From an uncultured beta proteobacterium (GTDB lineage Bacteria > Pseudomonadota > Gammaproteobacteria > Burkholderiales > Burkholderiaceae_B): DNA of 57,257 nt. How positions within the stretch are numbered: position 1 is the first letter of the stretch; each line of letters opens with the position of its first letter. The stretch is taken from contig CAINDJ010000477.1 in NCBI GenBank assembly GCA_903847325.1, positions 1 through 57,257 on the forward strand, in the 5' to 3' direction. The notes under the pieces were generated by a model. The model ran no database searches. It was not told the origin of the DNA and saw only the letters and a program-made list of their open reading frames with translations. Shown piece after piece: positions 41,061-50,207 of this stretch. The translations under genes and the position numbers were made by a program.

Positions 41061-41495
41061 TTACTTGGCGAACAAGGAGTCCATGTTTGCAAAAGCTTTA
41101 AATTCAATCGCATTGCCCGACGGGTCCATAAAAAACATGGTGGACTGCTCGCCGACTTCGCCCTTGAAGCGTGTGTAAGGCTCGATGACGAATGTTGTGC
41201 CGATGGCTTTGAGTTTTGCAGCCATGTCTTCCCATTGGGGGATCGAAAGCACCGCACCGAAATGTCTTACGGGTACCTGGTGATCATCGACAGCGCTGGT
41301 TTGTTTGTGGCCACATTCTTCTGGAGCAAGATGGGCGACGACCTGATGACCGTAAAAATCGAAATCTACCCAGTCAGGTGCGCTGCGACCTTCGCCGCAA
41401 CCGAGCACGCCGACGTAAAACTGGCGGGCTTCTTCGATATCGCGGACTGGGAAGGCCAAATGGAAGGGAGGCATGGAAGTAGCTTGGGCAGACAT
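41061..41495 (-). CDS. VOC (glyoxalase/extradiol dioxygenase-like) family protein
   Basis: FHLAFPV.D...ARQFY, WVDFDFYGHQVVAHL, HFG, DPSGNAIEFK. GGAG RBS before MSAQ. Confidence 0.88.
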   Translation of the reverse strand: MSAQATSMPPFHLAFPVRDIEEARQFYVGVLGCGEGRSAPDWVDFDFYGHQVVAHLAPEECGHKQTSAVDDHQVPVRHFGAVLSIPQWEDMAAKLKAIGTTFVIEPYTRFKGEVGEQSTMFFMDPSGNAIEFKAFANMDSLFAK

Positions 41496-41526
41496 GTAAA
41501 AAAACTCCGGCATGAATCAAATGAAT

Positions 41527-41545
41527 GCAATCATTTCATGATTGC
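41527..41545. promoter_or_regulatory. Inverted repeat GCAATCAT-TTC-ATGATTGC upstream of the VOC-pxpBCA operon (possible operator)
   Basis: 8-3-8 dyad read directly, about 30 nt upstream of the VOC start. Confidence 0.4.
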
Positions 41546-41626
41546 GCAGTGGGGGACAATAAAGCCTGTGCCTTGAGTTTATGTCTTTAATCTGCAGAGT
41601 GAAAGTTGATTTTGAGACAGCACGGC

Positions 41627-42928
41627 TCAATGGGCAGCAATGACCCGATCTGGTGCAAAAACGAGACTAAAAGTGCTGCCCAGCCCCAATTTACTTTGGA
41701 TTTCTAATTGCGCGTCATGTCGCATGGCCACGTGTTTTGTGATGGCCAGCCCTAAGCCTGTGCCGCCCATGGCGCGTGAGCGACCTCGGTCCACCGTGTA
41801 AAAACGCTCGCTCAAGCGAGGTAAATGCTCAGAGGCAATCCCGATGCCTGTATCCGTCACGCTGTAGCGTGCGGATCCATCTGCCTGCCTGTGCCACTGA
41901 ATGGTGATGGTTTGACGTTCCGGGGTGTAGCGAACCGCGTTGGTCAGCAGATTGGTGATTGCAGAGCTGAGTTCGGTCTGGTTGCCCAGGATATTCAGGT
42001 CTGGCTCAATGTCCCATATCAGGGTGTGCCGACCACCAGAGAGACTTTCTGCTTGCTGGCGTGCGCTGTCAATGAGGGTGGACATGTGAATCGTGTTTTT
42101 GTCGGCACTTAGTGATGTCTCAAGCGCGGAGAGTGTGAGTAAGTCAGCAACCAGAGCCTCCATGCGCAGCGCCTGCTCGTGCATCAGCTTGAGATAATGC
42201 TGGGACTGCTCCTCAGTCAGTGCGCCCTTGGGCGCCTCGCGCATGGTTTCGAGAAAGCCCGACAGCACGGTGAGGGGCGTACGCATTTCGTGCGAGACGT
42301 TCGCCACAAAATCACGTCGTGTTGTTTCCAGTTTTTCGATCTGTGTCAGGTCGCGCGCGATGAGTAGTAATTGATCGTTGGCGTAGGGCACCAGCCTCAT
42401 CGTAATGCTTTGATTACTGCCACCCAAAGCGATCTTAAGAATCAGGGGCTCCTCCCAAGTCGTTTGCTTCGCATACGCGACAAAGGGTGGCGAGCGTAAA
42501 AGATTCAGTAGATTCTGGCCAATATCCTGGACGGGCTGTAAGTGCAGGATTTTTTCAGCGGCGACGTTAAACCAGCGGATCTGGAAGTCTTTATTCAGGG
42601 TGACCGCCCCGATAGGCAGAGCTTGCGCCGCAGACATCACCGCATCGTTAGTTGCCTGGAGTGTGCGCACGGCGATCGTCTGGCCAAGCGTGTGGCGATA
42701 CAGGCTGGCAACCATGTCTTCCCACTGACCAACATCTGCAGGTGGATCTGTCTCGGGATGAGCGGCCCAGACCGCGACCCGGTTGGCCTGACGGCGGCGG
42801 ATGGTGAGAATGATTCCACAGACAAGCGCGAGCACAACCCAGCCCGCAGCCGTGTCCCAGCGATACTGGACGCCGGCGGCGAGTGCGGACCAGAAAACAA
42901 ACCACAACAGGGTGCGTGACCAACTCAT
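41627..42928 (-). CDS. phoR: Phosphate regulon sensor kinase
   Basis: RRDFVANVSHEMRTPLTV, NLLTNAVRYT, RFYTVDRGRSR..GGTGLGLAI. Confidence 0.95.
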   Translation of the reverse strand: MSWSRTLLWFVFWSALAAGVQYRWDTAAGWVVLALVCGIILTIRRRQANRVAVWAAHPETDPPADVGQWEDMVASLYRHTLGQTIAVRTLQATNDAVMSAAQALPIGAVTLNKDFQIRWFNVAAEKILHLQPVQDIGQNLLNLLRSPPFVAYAKQTTWEEPLILKIALGGSNQSITMRLVPYANDQLLLIARDLTQIEKLETTRRDFVANVSHEMRTPLTVLSGFLETMREAPKGALTEEQSQHYLKLMHEQALRMEALVADLLTLSALETSLSADKNTIHMSTLIDSARQQAESLSGGRHTLIWDIEPDLNILGNQTELSSAITNLLTNAVRYTPERQTITIQWHRQADGSARYSVTDTGIGIASEHLPRLSERFYTVDRGRSRAMGGTGLGLAITKHVAMRHDAQLEIQSKLGLGSTFSLVFAPDRVIAAH

Positions 42929-42941
42929 GCTTGTTATTTTC

Positions 42942-42973
42942 GCATCAGATCCACGTTAGTAATGATCTGATGC
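42942..42973. other. Intercistronic hairpin between phoB and phoR
   Basis: GCATCAGATC-N12-GATCTGATGC, perfect 10-bp stem. Confidence 0.55.
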
Positions 42974-42981
42974 AGACCTTT

Positions 42982-43680
42982 TTATGCTTTGGGTATCTGC
43001 GAAGTAAAACGATAACCACTCCCGCGTACCGTTTCGACATGCAGGTCGTGCCCGGTCGGCTCAAGTGCTTTGCGCAGCCTGCGGATGTGGACGTCAACCG
43101 TGCGCTCCTCCACAAACACATGATCTCCCCAGACTTGATCCAGTAACTGTGTCCGCGAAAATACGCGCTCAAGGTGGGTCATGAAAAAGTGCAGGAGTCG
43201 GAACTCGGTCGGGCCAATCGCTAAGGACTGGCCACGTCCAGTCAGTCTGTGTGAAATCGGATCCAGTTTCAAACCGTCTACGTCGATCATGTCGTCGGTG
43301 AGTTGTGGTGCCCGGCGACGGAGTACCGCTTTGATTCTTGCCATCAGCTCTTTTGGCGAAAATGGCTTGGTGATGTAGTCATCAGCACCCGCTTCCAGTC
43401 CGTCGACCTTGTCCTGTTCAGAACCTTTTGCCGTGAGCATGATGACGGGTACCATCCGGGTGCGTTCGTCGCTGCGCAGTTTACGCGCCAGCGTAACGCC
43501 CGATGCACCGGGCAGCATCCAGTCCAGCAGGATTAAATCCGGCAGCTCGGCGCGGATCAGCGTTTCAGCTTGCTCCACATCGAACGCGCGCAGTACCTTA
43601 TGGCCTGCGAAGGATAAGTTGACCGCAATCAGTTCCTGGATTGCGGGTTCGTCTTCGACAACTAAAATGGTGCTTGACAT
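42982..43680 (-). CDS. phoB: Phosphate regulon response regulator
   Basis: LLDWMLPG, GADDYITKPFSPKEL, GPTEFRLLHFFM, VWGDHVFVEERTVDVHIRRLRKAL. Confidence 0.97.
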   Translation of the reverse strand: MSSTILVVEDEPAIQELIAVNLSFAGHKVLRAFDVEQAETLIRAELPDLILLDWMLPGASGVTLARKLRSDERTRMVPVIMLTAKGSEQDKVDGLEAGADDYITKPFSPKELMARIKAVLRRRAPQLTDDMIDVDGLKLDPISHRLTGRGQSLAIGPTEFRLLHFFMTHLERVFSRTQLLDQVWGDHVFVEERTVDVHIRRLRKALEPTGHDLHVETVRGSGYRFTSQIPKA

Positions 43681-43727
43681 ATTTTTTGAGCCGGTTGAGT
43701 GTTAGCCTGCACAATGACTATGTTGCG

Positions 43728-43761
43728 ATAGTATGGCGTCAATATGTCATGTTTATGACAA
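43728..43761 (-). promoter_or_regulatory. Pho box plus -10 element of the phoBR promoter
   Basis: Minus strand TTGTCAT-AAAC-ATGACAT (11-bp period), then 10 nt, then TACTAT. This is the canonical PhoB promoter geometry. Confidence 0.7.
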
Positions 43762-43855
43762 TGACCGAGTTTGACGGGTCGTATATTAGGATGCCAACTG
43801 CGATAATGTGACTTTCCCGCCCACTTTCCCGCACAGATAATTAGCAGGTAATTGA

Positions 43856-44596
43856 ATGTCTGATGAAAAAACACACTTCGGTTACCAAACCGTAGCTGAA
43901 TCTGAAAAAGCCAGCAAAGTAGCTGAAGTCTTTCATTCTGTTGCCTCGCGTTATGACGTGATGAATGACCTCATGTCAGGCGGACTTCACCGGATTTGGA
44001 AGGCATTTACGATATCGCGTGCGGCGGTCCGCCCGGGTATGCGGGTGCTTGATATTGCCGGCGGTACGGGCGATCTGGCGCGTGCTTTTGCCAGACAGGC
44101 CGGCGCGCAAGGCGAGGTGTGGCTGACCGATATCAACGACTCCATGCTGCGCGTGGGCCGCGATCGCCTGATGGATGATGGTTTGATTTTGCCGACCACC
44201 GTATGCGATGCGGAGCGCCTGCCTTTTCCGGATAATTATTTTGACCGTGTCAGTGTGGCATTTGGTTTGCGCAATATGACCCACAAGGATCGTGCGCTAG
44301 CCGAAATGACGCGCGTACTCAAACCGGGCGGCAAACTGCTGGTACTTGAGTTTTCCCGAGTGGCCAAACCTCTTGCGCCCATTTATGACTGGTACTCCTT
44401 CAAAGTACTTCCCTGGCTCGGACAAAAAGTCGCAGGTGATGCGGATAGTTATCGTTATCTGGCTGAGTCAATCCGGATGCATCCGGATCAGGAGACGCTT
44501 AAGACGATGCTAGGCGAGGCGGGCTTGTCCCGCGTGCAATATTTCAATCTGAGCGCCGGTCTGACCGCGTTGCACGAAGGCGTCAAATTAGGCTGA
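43856..44596 (+). CDS. ubiE: Ubiquinone/menaquinone C-methyltransferase
   Basis: [42 protein letters not shown]. Confidence 0.98.
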   Translation: MSDEKTHFGYQTVAESEKASKVAEVFHSVASRYDVMNDLMSGGLHRIWKAFTISRAAVRPGMRVLDIAGGTGDLARAFARQAGAQGEVWLTDINDSMLRVGRDRLMDDGLILPTTVCDAERLPFPDNYFDRVSVAFGLRNMTHKDRALAEMTRVLKPGGKLLVLEFSRVAKPLAPIYDWYSFKVLPWLGQKVAGDADSYRYLAESIRMHPDQETLKTMLGEAGLSRVQYFNLSAGLTALHEGVKLG

Positions 44597-44611
44597 TTTC
44601 ATTGAATTTAT

Positions 44612-44638
44612 GAACTTACTGAAAATTTTCTGGTCTAC
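44612..44638 (+). promoter_or_regulatory. Putative sigmaE (RpoE/AlgU-type) promoter of the Tim44-domain gene
   Basis: GAACTT-N16-TCTAC. Confidence 0.45.
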
Positions 44639-44652
44639 CCCTTTCATTCTTG

Positions 44653-44688
44653 TTCAGCTTTCAGTAAGATTCAGCTTCCAGTAAGATT
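44653..44688 (+). repeat. 17-bp tandem repeat x2 (TTCAGCTTYCAGTAAGA)
   Basis: ttcagctttcagtaaga / ttcagcttccagtaaga, one mismatch. Confidence 0.8.
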
Positions 44689-44735
44689 TCTGGAACAACA
44701 TTTTTATAAGCGAAGGTTTCGCTCAGGAGCACTTC

Positions 44736-45722
44736 ATGGTTCGATTGTTTTCACGTTTTCTGGTTGCAGTTTTTCTGACAGTCAGCGCTGCCGGGCTGAC
44801 TGCCGTTTCTTTTGACGCAGCCGCCGCACGAGTCGGTGGCGGCAAAAGCATGGGCAGCCAATCATCCAATGTCACCTCCAGGGCACCTGCTTCCTCTGCA
44901 GCGCCTTCCACCATGCAAAAAAGTGCAGCAGCGCCAGCCGCTGCCGGTGCTGCTGCGGGCGCGGCCGCCAAGTCGGGTGCCTCTAAATGGTTAGGCCCAT
45001 TAGCAGGTATTGCAGCAGGCCTGGGTATCGCTGCGATGCTGTCGCATTTCGGTCTGGGCGGCGCGATGGGTGATTTCCTGATGGTGGCCTTATTGGCTGC
45101 AGTGGCGATTTTTGCAATCATGTTTGTTGTGCGTTTGTTGCGCGGTGGTTCGGCTCAGCCATCCATGCAAGGTGCAGGAGCGAATACTGGTTCGACTCAG
45201 CAACCTGCACCAGCCATGATGCGTGAGACCGCAGCACCTGCTTCGACATCCGCTGGGGTTCAAGCCAACACTCAGGGCAATGGCGCACTTTCATCTGCCG
45301 GTTTCGGCTCGGATGCCGCGCAGCCAGAGCAAAACTGGTTCATTCCCGCCGATTTTGACAGTCAGCGTTTCCTCCAGGAAGCCAAGCAGCAGTTTGTCGC
45401 TATCCAGAAAGTCTGGGATAGCGGTGATGTGTCGCAATTGCGTAATTTCCTGACCGACGATCTCATGAAAGAACTTCAGGTGCAGCTCAGCGGTCGTTCG
45501 GGCACAAATCATACTGAGGTCGTGCTGCTCAATGCTGAAATGCTCGGAATCGAGCAGGTCACAGACGGTCATCTGGCCAGCGTGCGTTTTTCAGGAATGC
45601 TGCGCGAACAAGCTGGTGCAGAGGCCTTCCGTTTCGAAGAGGTCTGGAATCTGTTTAAACCTGAGCAGGGTGGCTGGTTGCTGGCGGGTATTCAGCAAAT
45701 CCCCGTAGAGCAAGCAAGCTAA
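44736..45722 (+). CDS. Tim44-domain protein
   Basis: Signal peptide, RVGGGKSMG, WLGPLAG.AAG hydrophobic hairpin, FDSQRFL..AK..F...Q..WD, FEEVW...WLLAGIQQ. Confidence 0.92.
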   Translation: MVRLFSRFLVAVFLTVSAAGLTAVSFDAAAARVGGGKSMGSQSSNVTSRAPASSAAPSTMQKSAAAPAAAGAAAGAAAKSGASKWLGPLAGIAAGLGIAAMLSHFGLGGAMGDFLMVALLAAVAIFAIMFVVRLLRGGSAQPSMQGAGANTGSTQQPAPAMMRETAAPASTSAGVQANTQGNGALSSAGFGSDAAQPEQNWFIPADFDSQRFLQEAKQQFVAIQKVWDSGDVSQLRNFLTDDLMKELQVQLSGRSGTNHTEVVLLNAEMLGIEQVTDGHLASVRFSGMLREQAGAEAFRFEEVWNLFKPEQGGWLLAGIQQIPVEQAS

Positions 45723-45749
45723 TCGGGGTGCGTTGAGATACTTTCTTAC

Positions 45750-45777
45750 AAAAACCCGCACTAAGTGCGGGTTTTTT
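45750..45777 (+). terminator. Rho-independent terminator (bidirectional form)
   Basis: AAAAACCCGCAC-TAA-GTGCGGGTTTTTT. Confidence 0.9.
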
Positions 45778-45847
45778 GTTGGGCGGGACCGCAGCGTATC
45801 GTGACTGACGATGCGATGTACACGGATTACCCGTTAAACTGCTATCT

Positions 45848-46534
45848 TTGATAAAAGCCTGGCGCTCCCTATACGTGAAACAGTTCACGCCTTCCCTTTC
45901 TGGTATTGCTGCATTGCACCCGGTGCGGGTGATCGCTGCCGCCTTCAATCTGCTGACTATCCAGCAACCTTGGGCGGCCGAGCGGTTGGCTCGCTACGCG
46001 GGCAAGACCATACGGATTGCTTTGGGTGGATTTGCCGTGACGCTGACGATTGATGCCGAAGGTCACTTAACCCAGTCAGACGCGGCTGTGGTGCCTGATG
46101 TGGTGCTCGAAATCATTGCCGAAAAGCTCACGGCCGCCCGCTTGTTCTCCCCCCAGTCCTCTGGCGATATTGCGGAGCTGATCCATATTTCGGGTCAGGC
46201 CGCATTAGCGCAGGTCGTGTCGGATCTGGCGCGAGACTTACGTCCTGACCCAGAGGATGCGCTAGCAAATGTTCTGGGCGACATTCCCGCCCAAAAGATC
46301 ATGCGCGGAGCGCGCGATCTGGTCCAAACTCTGCGCAACTTTACACACGGTCTGGCACACAATGCAGCAGAGTATTTGGCCGAAGAGACGGACACACTGA
46401 CGGGACGCCCGGTACTTGCCATGCATCACCAGCGACAAGACCCGCTTGATGGCCGCCTAGCCGCCTTGTCGGTTCGCTACGCAAGCCTTGCAGCAAGACT
46501 GGATCGACTCGCGAGCAAGAGGCACGTCACATGA
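45848..46534 (+). CDS. ubiJ: Ubiquinone biosynthesis accessory factor UbiJ (SCP2)
   Basis: [30 protein letters not shown]-terminal coil. ATGA overlap with ubiB. Start uncertain. Confidence 0.8.
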   Translation: MIKAWRSLYVKQFTPSLSGIAALHPVRVIAAAFNLLTIQQPWAAERLARYAGKTIRIALGGFAVTLTIDAEGHLTQSDAAVVPDVVLEIIAEKLTAARLFSPQSSGDIAELIHISGQAALAQVVSDLARDLRPDPEDALANVLGDIPAQKIMRGARDLVQTLRNFTHGLAHNAAEYLAEETDTLTGRPVLAMHHQRQDPLDGRLAALSVRYASLAARLDRLASKRHVT

Positions 46535-48084
46535 TGTCTTTACCGCGCTTAGCTCGTATTGCGATGATCGTTTGGCGATATAGGCTAGACGAGCTTGTGC
46601 TGTCGGGGATTAATCATCCAACGGCTGTGCGCTTGCTTTGGTTGGTCAGACTGGGTTCGACCCCTAAAATGCCGCGCGGCCAAAGATTACGCCTCGCACT
46701 TGAGTCGCTAGGTCCGATTTTTGTCAAATTTGGTCAGGTTTTGTCGACGCGCAGAGATTTGATTCCTCCCGATATCGCTGATGAGCTGACTTTATTACAG
46801 GATCGGGTAGCACCTTTTCCTTCGGACGTAGCGGCCGCATGTATCGAACAGGCGCTCGGTCAATCGCCTCAGGTTTTATTTGCTCAGTTCGAAACCGATC
46901 CCGTTGCATCGGCCTCGGTTGCGCAGGTGCATTTTGCCGTGCTCCATGATGGCCGCCATGTTGCGGTCAAGGTACTGCGCCCGGCTATTCTGGACGTCAT
47001 CGATAAAGATTTGTCTTTGATGCGCGTCCTGGCCAAACTGATTGAGCGCTTGGCGCCCGATGGCAAGCGGCTCAAGCCGCGTGAGGTTGTAGGCGAATTT
47101 GACAAGCATTTGCACGATGAACTTGATTTGCTGCGCGAAGCCGCCAATTGCAGCCAGTTGCGCCGAAATTTTGCTGCCGGCACTGCACGCGGAGAATTAC
47201 TCTGGGTGCCAGAGGTGATGTGGGACTATTGTGCGAGCACGGTTTTCACAATGGAGCGTATGTATGGTGTGCCTGTCAGCCAGATTGAGCGTTTACGCAC
47301 GCTCGGGGTTGATATCCCGACGCTTGCGCGTACCGGAGTAGAAATCTTCTTTACTCAGGTTTTTACAGATGGGTTTTTTCATGCAGATATGCATCCCGGC
47401 AACATCTATGTGTCTGATCGCCCGCAGACCTTAGGCCGCTATATCGCGCTGGATTTCGGTATTGTCGGCTCGTTGTCTGAGTTTGATAAAAACTACCTGG
47501 CGCAAAATTTTCTGGCGTTCTTTCAACGTGACTACAGGCGTGTGGCACGGCTGCATATCGAATCGGGGTGGGTGCCCCCGACAACGCGCGAAGAAGAGCT
47601 TGAGGGGGCGGTGCGTGCCGTCTGCGAGCCTTACTTCGATCGCCCTCTGGCTGAAATTTCCCTTGGCCAGGTTTTATTGCGGTTATTCCAGACATCGCGC
47701 CGATTTAATGTTGAAATTCAACCTCAGCTGGTTTTATTGCAAAAAACCCTACTCAACGTTGAAGGATTAGGTCGTCAGCTCGATCCACAGTTAGACTTAT
47801 GGAAAACAGCCAAACCTTATCTTGAAAACTGGATGCACGAGAGAGTCGGTCTGCGTGGAATACGTAAAAAACTGGCTCAGGAAGCAGGGCAGTGGGCGCA
47901 GTGGTTACCTGAGTTTCCGCGGTTGCTGCATGCACAGCTCAACCGCCCTGATGTTTCCGCTTCTGTTTTGTCCGAATTAAAGCGCATGCGCCAGGCGCGT
48001 GAGCAAGGCAATCGTGTATTAATGGCATTAACCGGTGTGGCCGCAGTGGCCCTGGCCGTGGCACTCTGGACGCTGATGCGTTGA
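46531..48084 (+). CDS. ubiB: Ubiquinone biosynthesis kinase-like protein
   Basis: [52 protein letters not shown]. Confidence 0.97.
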   Translation: MMSLPRLARIAMIVWRYRLDELVLSGINHPTAVRLLWLVRLGSTPKMPRGQRLRLALESLGPIFVKFGQVLSTRRDLIPPDIADELTLLQDRVAPFPSDVAAACIEQALGQSPQVLFAQFETDPVASASVAQVHFAVLHDGRHVAVKVLRPAILDVIDKDLSLMRVLAKLIERLAPDGKRLKPREVVGEFDKHLHDELDLLREAANCSQLRRNFAAGTARGELLWVPEVMWDYCASTVFTMERMYGVPVSQIERLRTLGVDIPTLARTGVEIFFTQVFTDGFFHADMHPGNIYVSDRPQTLGRYIALDFGIVGSLSEFDKNYLAQNFLAFFQRDYRRVARLHIESGWVPPTTREEELEGAVRAVCEPYFDRPLAEISLGQVLLRLFQTSRRFNVEIQPQLVLLQKTLLNVEGLGRQLDPQLDLWKTAKPYLENWMHERVGLRGIRKKLAQEAGQWAQWLPEFPRLLHAQLNRPDVSASVLSELKRMRQAREQGNRVLMALTGVAAVALAVALWTLMR

Positions 48085-48108
48085 AAATCAGCTCCAATAT
48101 TTAAGGCA

Positions 48109-48978
48109 ATGAATATGCTCTACACAGAACTTTTTAAATCAATGGAATCCGTTCGCTGGAATATGGAGACGGATATCCCCTGGCAGGATTTTGATCGTAG
48201 CAAGCTCACAGACGAGCAGGCGCAAACGATCAAGATGAATGCCATTACTGAGTGGGCAGCACTGCCTGCGACAGAAATGTTTTTGCGCGATAACCGTGAT
48301 GACAGCGACTTTTCGGCGTTTATGTCAGTCTGGTTTTTTGAAGAGCAAAAGCACTCCCTGGTATTGATTGAATACTTGCGCAGATTTGCGCCAGATCTGG
48401 TTCCAACCGAAGAGGAGCTGCATAAAGTTCGTTTTGAATTTGATCCAGCCCCTCCGCTTGAAACACTGATGCTGCACTTTTGCGGCGAAGTGCGTTTGAA
48501 TCACTGGTATCGCTGCGCAGCCGACTGGCATACGGAGCCAGTGATCAAGGCTATTTACAAAATTATTTCTCAGGATGAGGCGCGTCATGCGGGCGCCTAT
48601 CTGCGCTACATGAAACGCGCGCTGAGTCAGCGCGGCCAGGAAATCGGCGAGCAGGCGCGTATCGCTTTTGCCAAAATCGGTGTCTTGATGGCCTCTGCAC
48701 ATCGCACCCCTCAGGCCCTGCACCCGACTAATCTGCACGTCAACAAAGGCATGTTCCCTGAAGACACGGTTCAGTCAAAACTGCCTGAGCCAGGCTGGCT
48801 TGAGCGCTGGCTGGATACGCAGATCGTGTTTGACAAAGAGTGGGAAGGAAAAGTCTCCACCCGCATCCTCCACAATATGTCGTTGTTGTTTGATCAAACT
48901 TTCAAAACGGTTCAGGACCTGAATCGTTACCGTAAAGAATTGATGCGAGCAGCGACTGCTGTCGTGGCACCTGTTTAA
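48109..48978 (+). CDS. Ferritin-like di-iron protein (acyl-ACP desaturase-like motifs)
   Basis: E...EEQKH and E...DEARH di-iron carboxylate motifs; N-terminal RW....DIPW..FD. Confidence 0.8.
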   Translation: MNMLYTELFKSMESVRWNMETDIPWQDFDRSKLTDEQAQTIKMNAITEWAALPATEMFLRDNRDDSDFSAFMSVWFFEEQKHSLVLIEYLRRFAPDLVPTEEELHKVRFEFDPAPPLETLMLHFCGEVRLNHWYRCAADWHTEPVIKAIYKIISQDEARHAGAYLRYMKRALSQRGQEIGEQARIAFAKIGVLMASAHRTPQALHPTNLHVNKGMFPEDTVQSKLPEPGWLERWLDTQIVFDKEWEGKVSTRILHNMSLLFDQTFKTVQDLNRYRKELMRAATAVVAPV

Positions 48979-49002
48979 CGACTGCGGATCGTCAGTAAAT
49001 AT

Positions 49003-49494
49003 ATGAGCGCGCGTTTTGAGAGCAAAATCCTGTCGCCTGAGGCCTGCGCAGAGCGTATTGCCTCGCGCGTCTGGCCAGGTCCTGTTGTATTCACTAACGG
49101 TGTGTTCGATATCCTGCATCGCGGACACGTGACTTATCTGGACGAGGCGGCGCAGTTGGGTGGTTCGCTGATCGTTGCGGTGAATTCAGACGCCTCTGCG
49201 CGGCGTCTGGGCAAGGGGCCGGATCGCCCCTTGAATACCGCCCATGACCGCGCGGCTCTGCTGGCTGCGCTTGGTTGCGTTACGGCGGTCATCATTTTTG
49301 AACAAGACACGCCGGTTGAGGTCATAGGGCAGTTGCGCCCGGATCTCATCGTTAAAGGCGGTGACTACGATATGCAGACCTTGCCTGAAACAAAACTGGT
49401 CGAGTCGTGGGGCGGTCGGGCAGTGGCGATACCGTTTGAATTTGCCCGGTCTACCACTGCGCTAGTGACTAAAATCCGACAACCTCAGAACTGA
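49003..49494 (+). CDS. rfaE2: Heptose 1-phosphate adenylyltransferase (RfaE domain II)
   Basis: FTNGVFDILHRGH, VNSDAS, KGPDRP, VKGGDY, STT. Confidence 0.93.
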   Translation: MSARFESKILSPEACAERIASRVWPGPVVFTNGVFDILHRGHVTYLDEAAQLGGSLIVAVNSDASARRLGKGPDRPLNTAHDRAALLAALGCVTAVIIFEQDTPVEVIGQLRPDLIVKGGDYDMQTLPETKLVESWGGRAVAIPFEFARSTTALVTKIRQPQN

Positions 49495-49496
49495 GT

Positions 49497-50177
49497 TTAA
49501 AACTTGAAGTGTGAGACGGTGGGGCCTGTGAGCGGTTTGATCACTGTTTCAAACAACGACGTTGTCTCAAAGCTTGCAGCAGTCGTGCGTGTAATGCGGT
49601 AAACAGTCATTGCCGGGGCTTGACCTACTACCACCACCATTCGACCACCCACACACAATTGATATTTGAGCGCATCTGGAATGCTGGGCAGTGAGCCTGT
49701 CACCAGAATCGCATCATATTCAGTCGTACCCCAGCCGTTGCTGCCATCACCTGTCTCAACCTTGACGTTTTTGATCTGCGCTTGCTGAAGATTATTCTGG
49801 GCAAAAGCAACCAGGCGAGGATCAATTTCGATCGAAGTGATGTCGCGTGCGAGCGCACTAAGCAAGGCCGCCTGATAGCCTGAACCCGTACCGACTTCGA
49901 GTACGCAGTCATCTGCTTTGAGCGCCAGAAGCTGCGCAAGGCGGGCTTCCATCCTGGGCGCTAGCATGACCTGGTGTGTGTCGGTTGTCTGAAGGATCAG
50001 GGGAACTTCGATATCCGAGAATGCCAGCGCGCGATACGCTGCAGGCACAAAACATTCACGACGGATTTTGAAAAGTGCTTTCAGTACGTTTTCATCTGAG
50101 ACATCCCAGGGGCGGATTTGTTGTTCCACCATATTGAAGCGGGCGATCTCGATATTGGGCAAGTTAGACGCGTTCAT
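49497..50177 (-). CDS. pcm: Protein-L-isoaspartate O-methyltransferase family protein
   Basis: ARFNMVEQQIRPWDV, VLEVGTGSGYQAALL, YDAILVTGS. Confidence 0.88.
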   Translation of the reverse strand: MNASNLPNIEIARFNMVEQQIRPWDVSDENVLKALFKIRRECFVPAAYRALAFSDIEVPLILQTTDTHQVMLAPRMEARLAQLLALKADDCVLEVGTGSGYQAALLSALARDITSIEIDPRLVAFAQNNLQQAQIKNVKVETGDGSNGWGTTEYDAILVTGSLPSIPDALKYQLCVGGRMVVVVGQAPAMTVYRITRTTAASFETTSLFETVIKPLTGPTVSHFKF

Positions 50178-50207
50178 GGCTCGATCAAAAAATATAGACG
50201 TAAACCC

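Noticed and set aside
40779-41576. 265-aa plus-strand ORF and the many other short ORFs overlapping called genes
   Set aside because: They are shadows of well-supported genes on the other strand or frame and carry no family motifs.
44653-44688. Tandem repeat as a CRISPR remnant
   Set aside because: Only two 17-bp units, no spacers and no cas genes.
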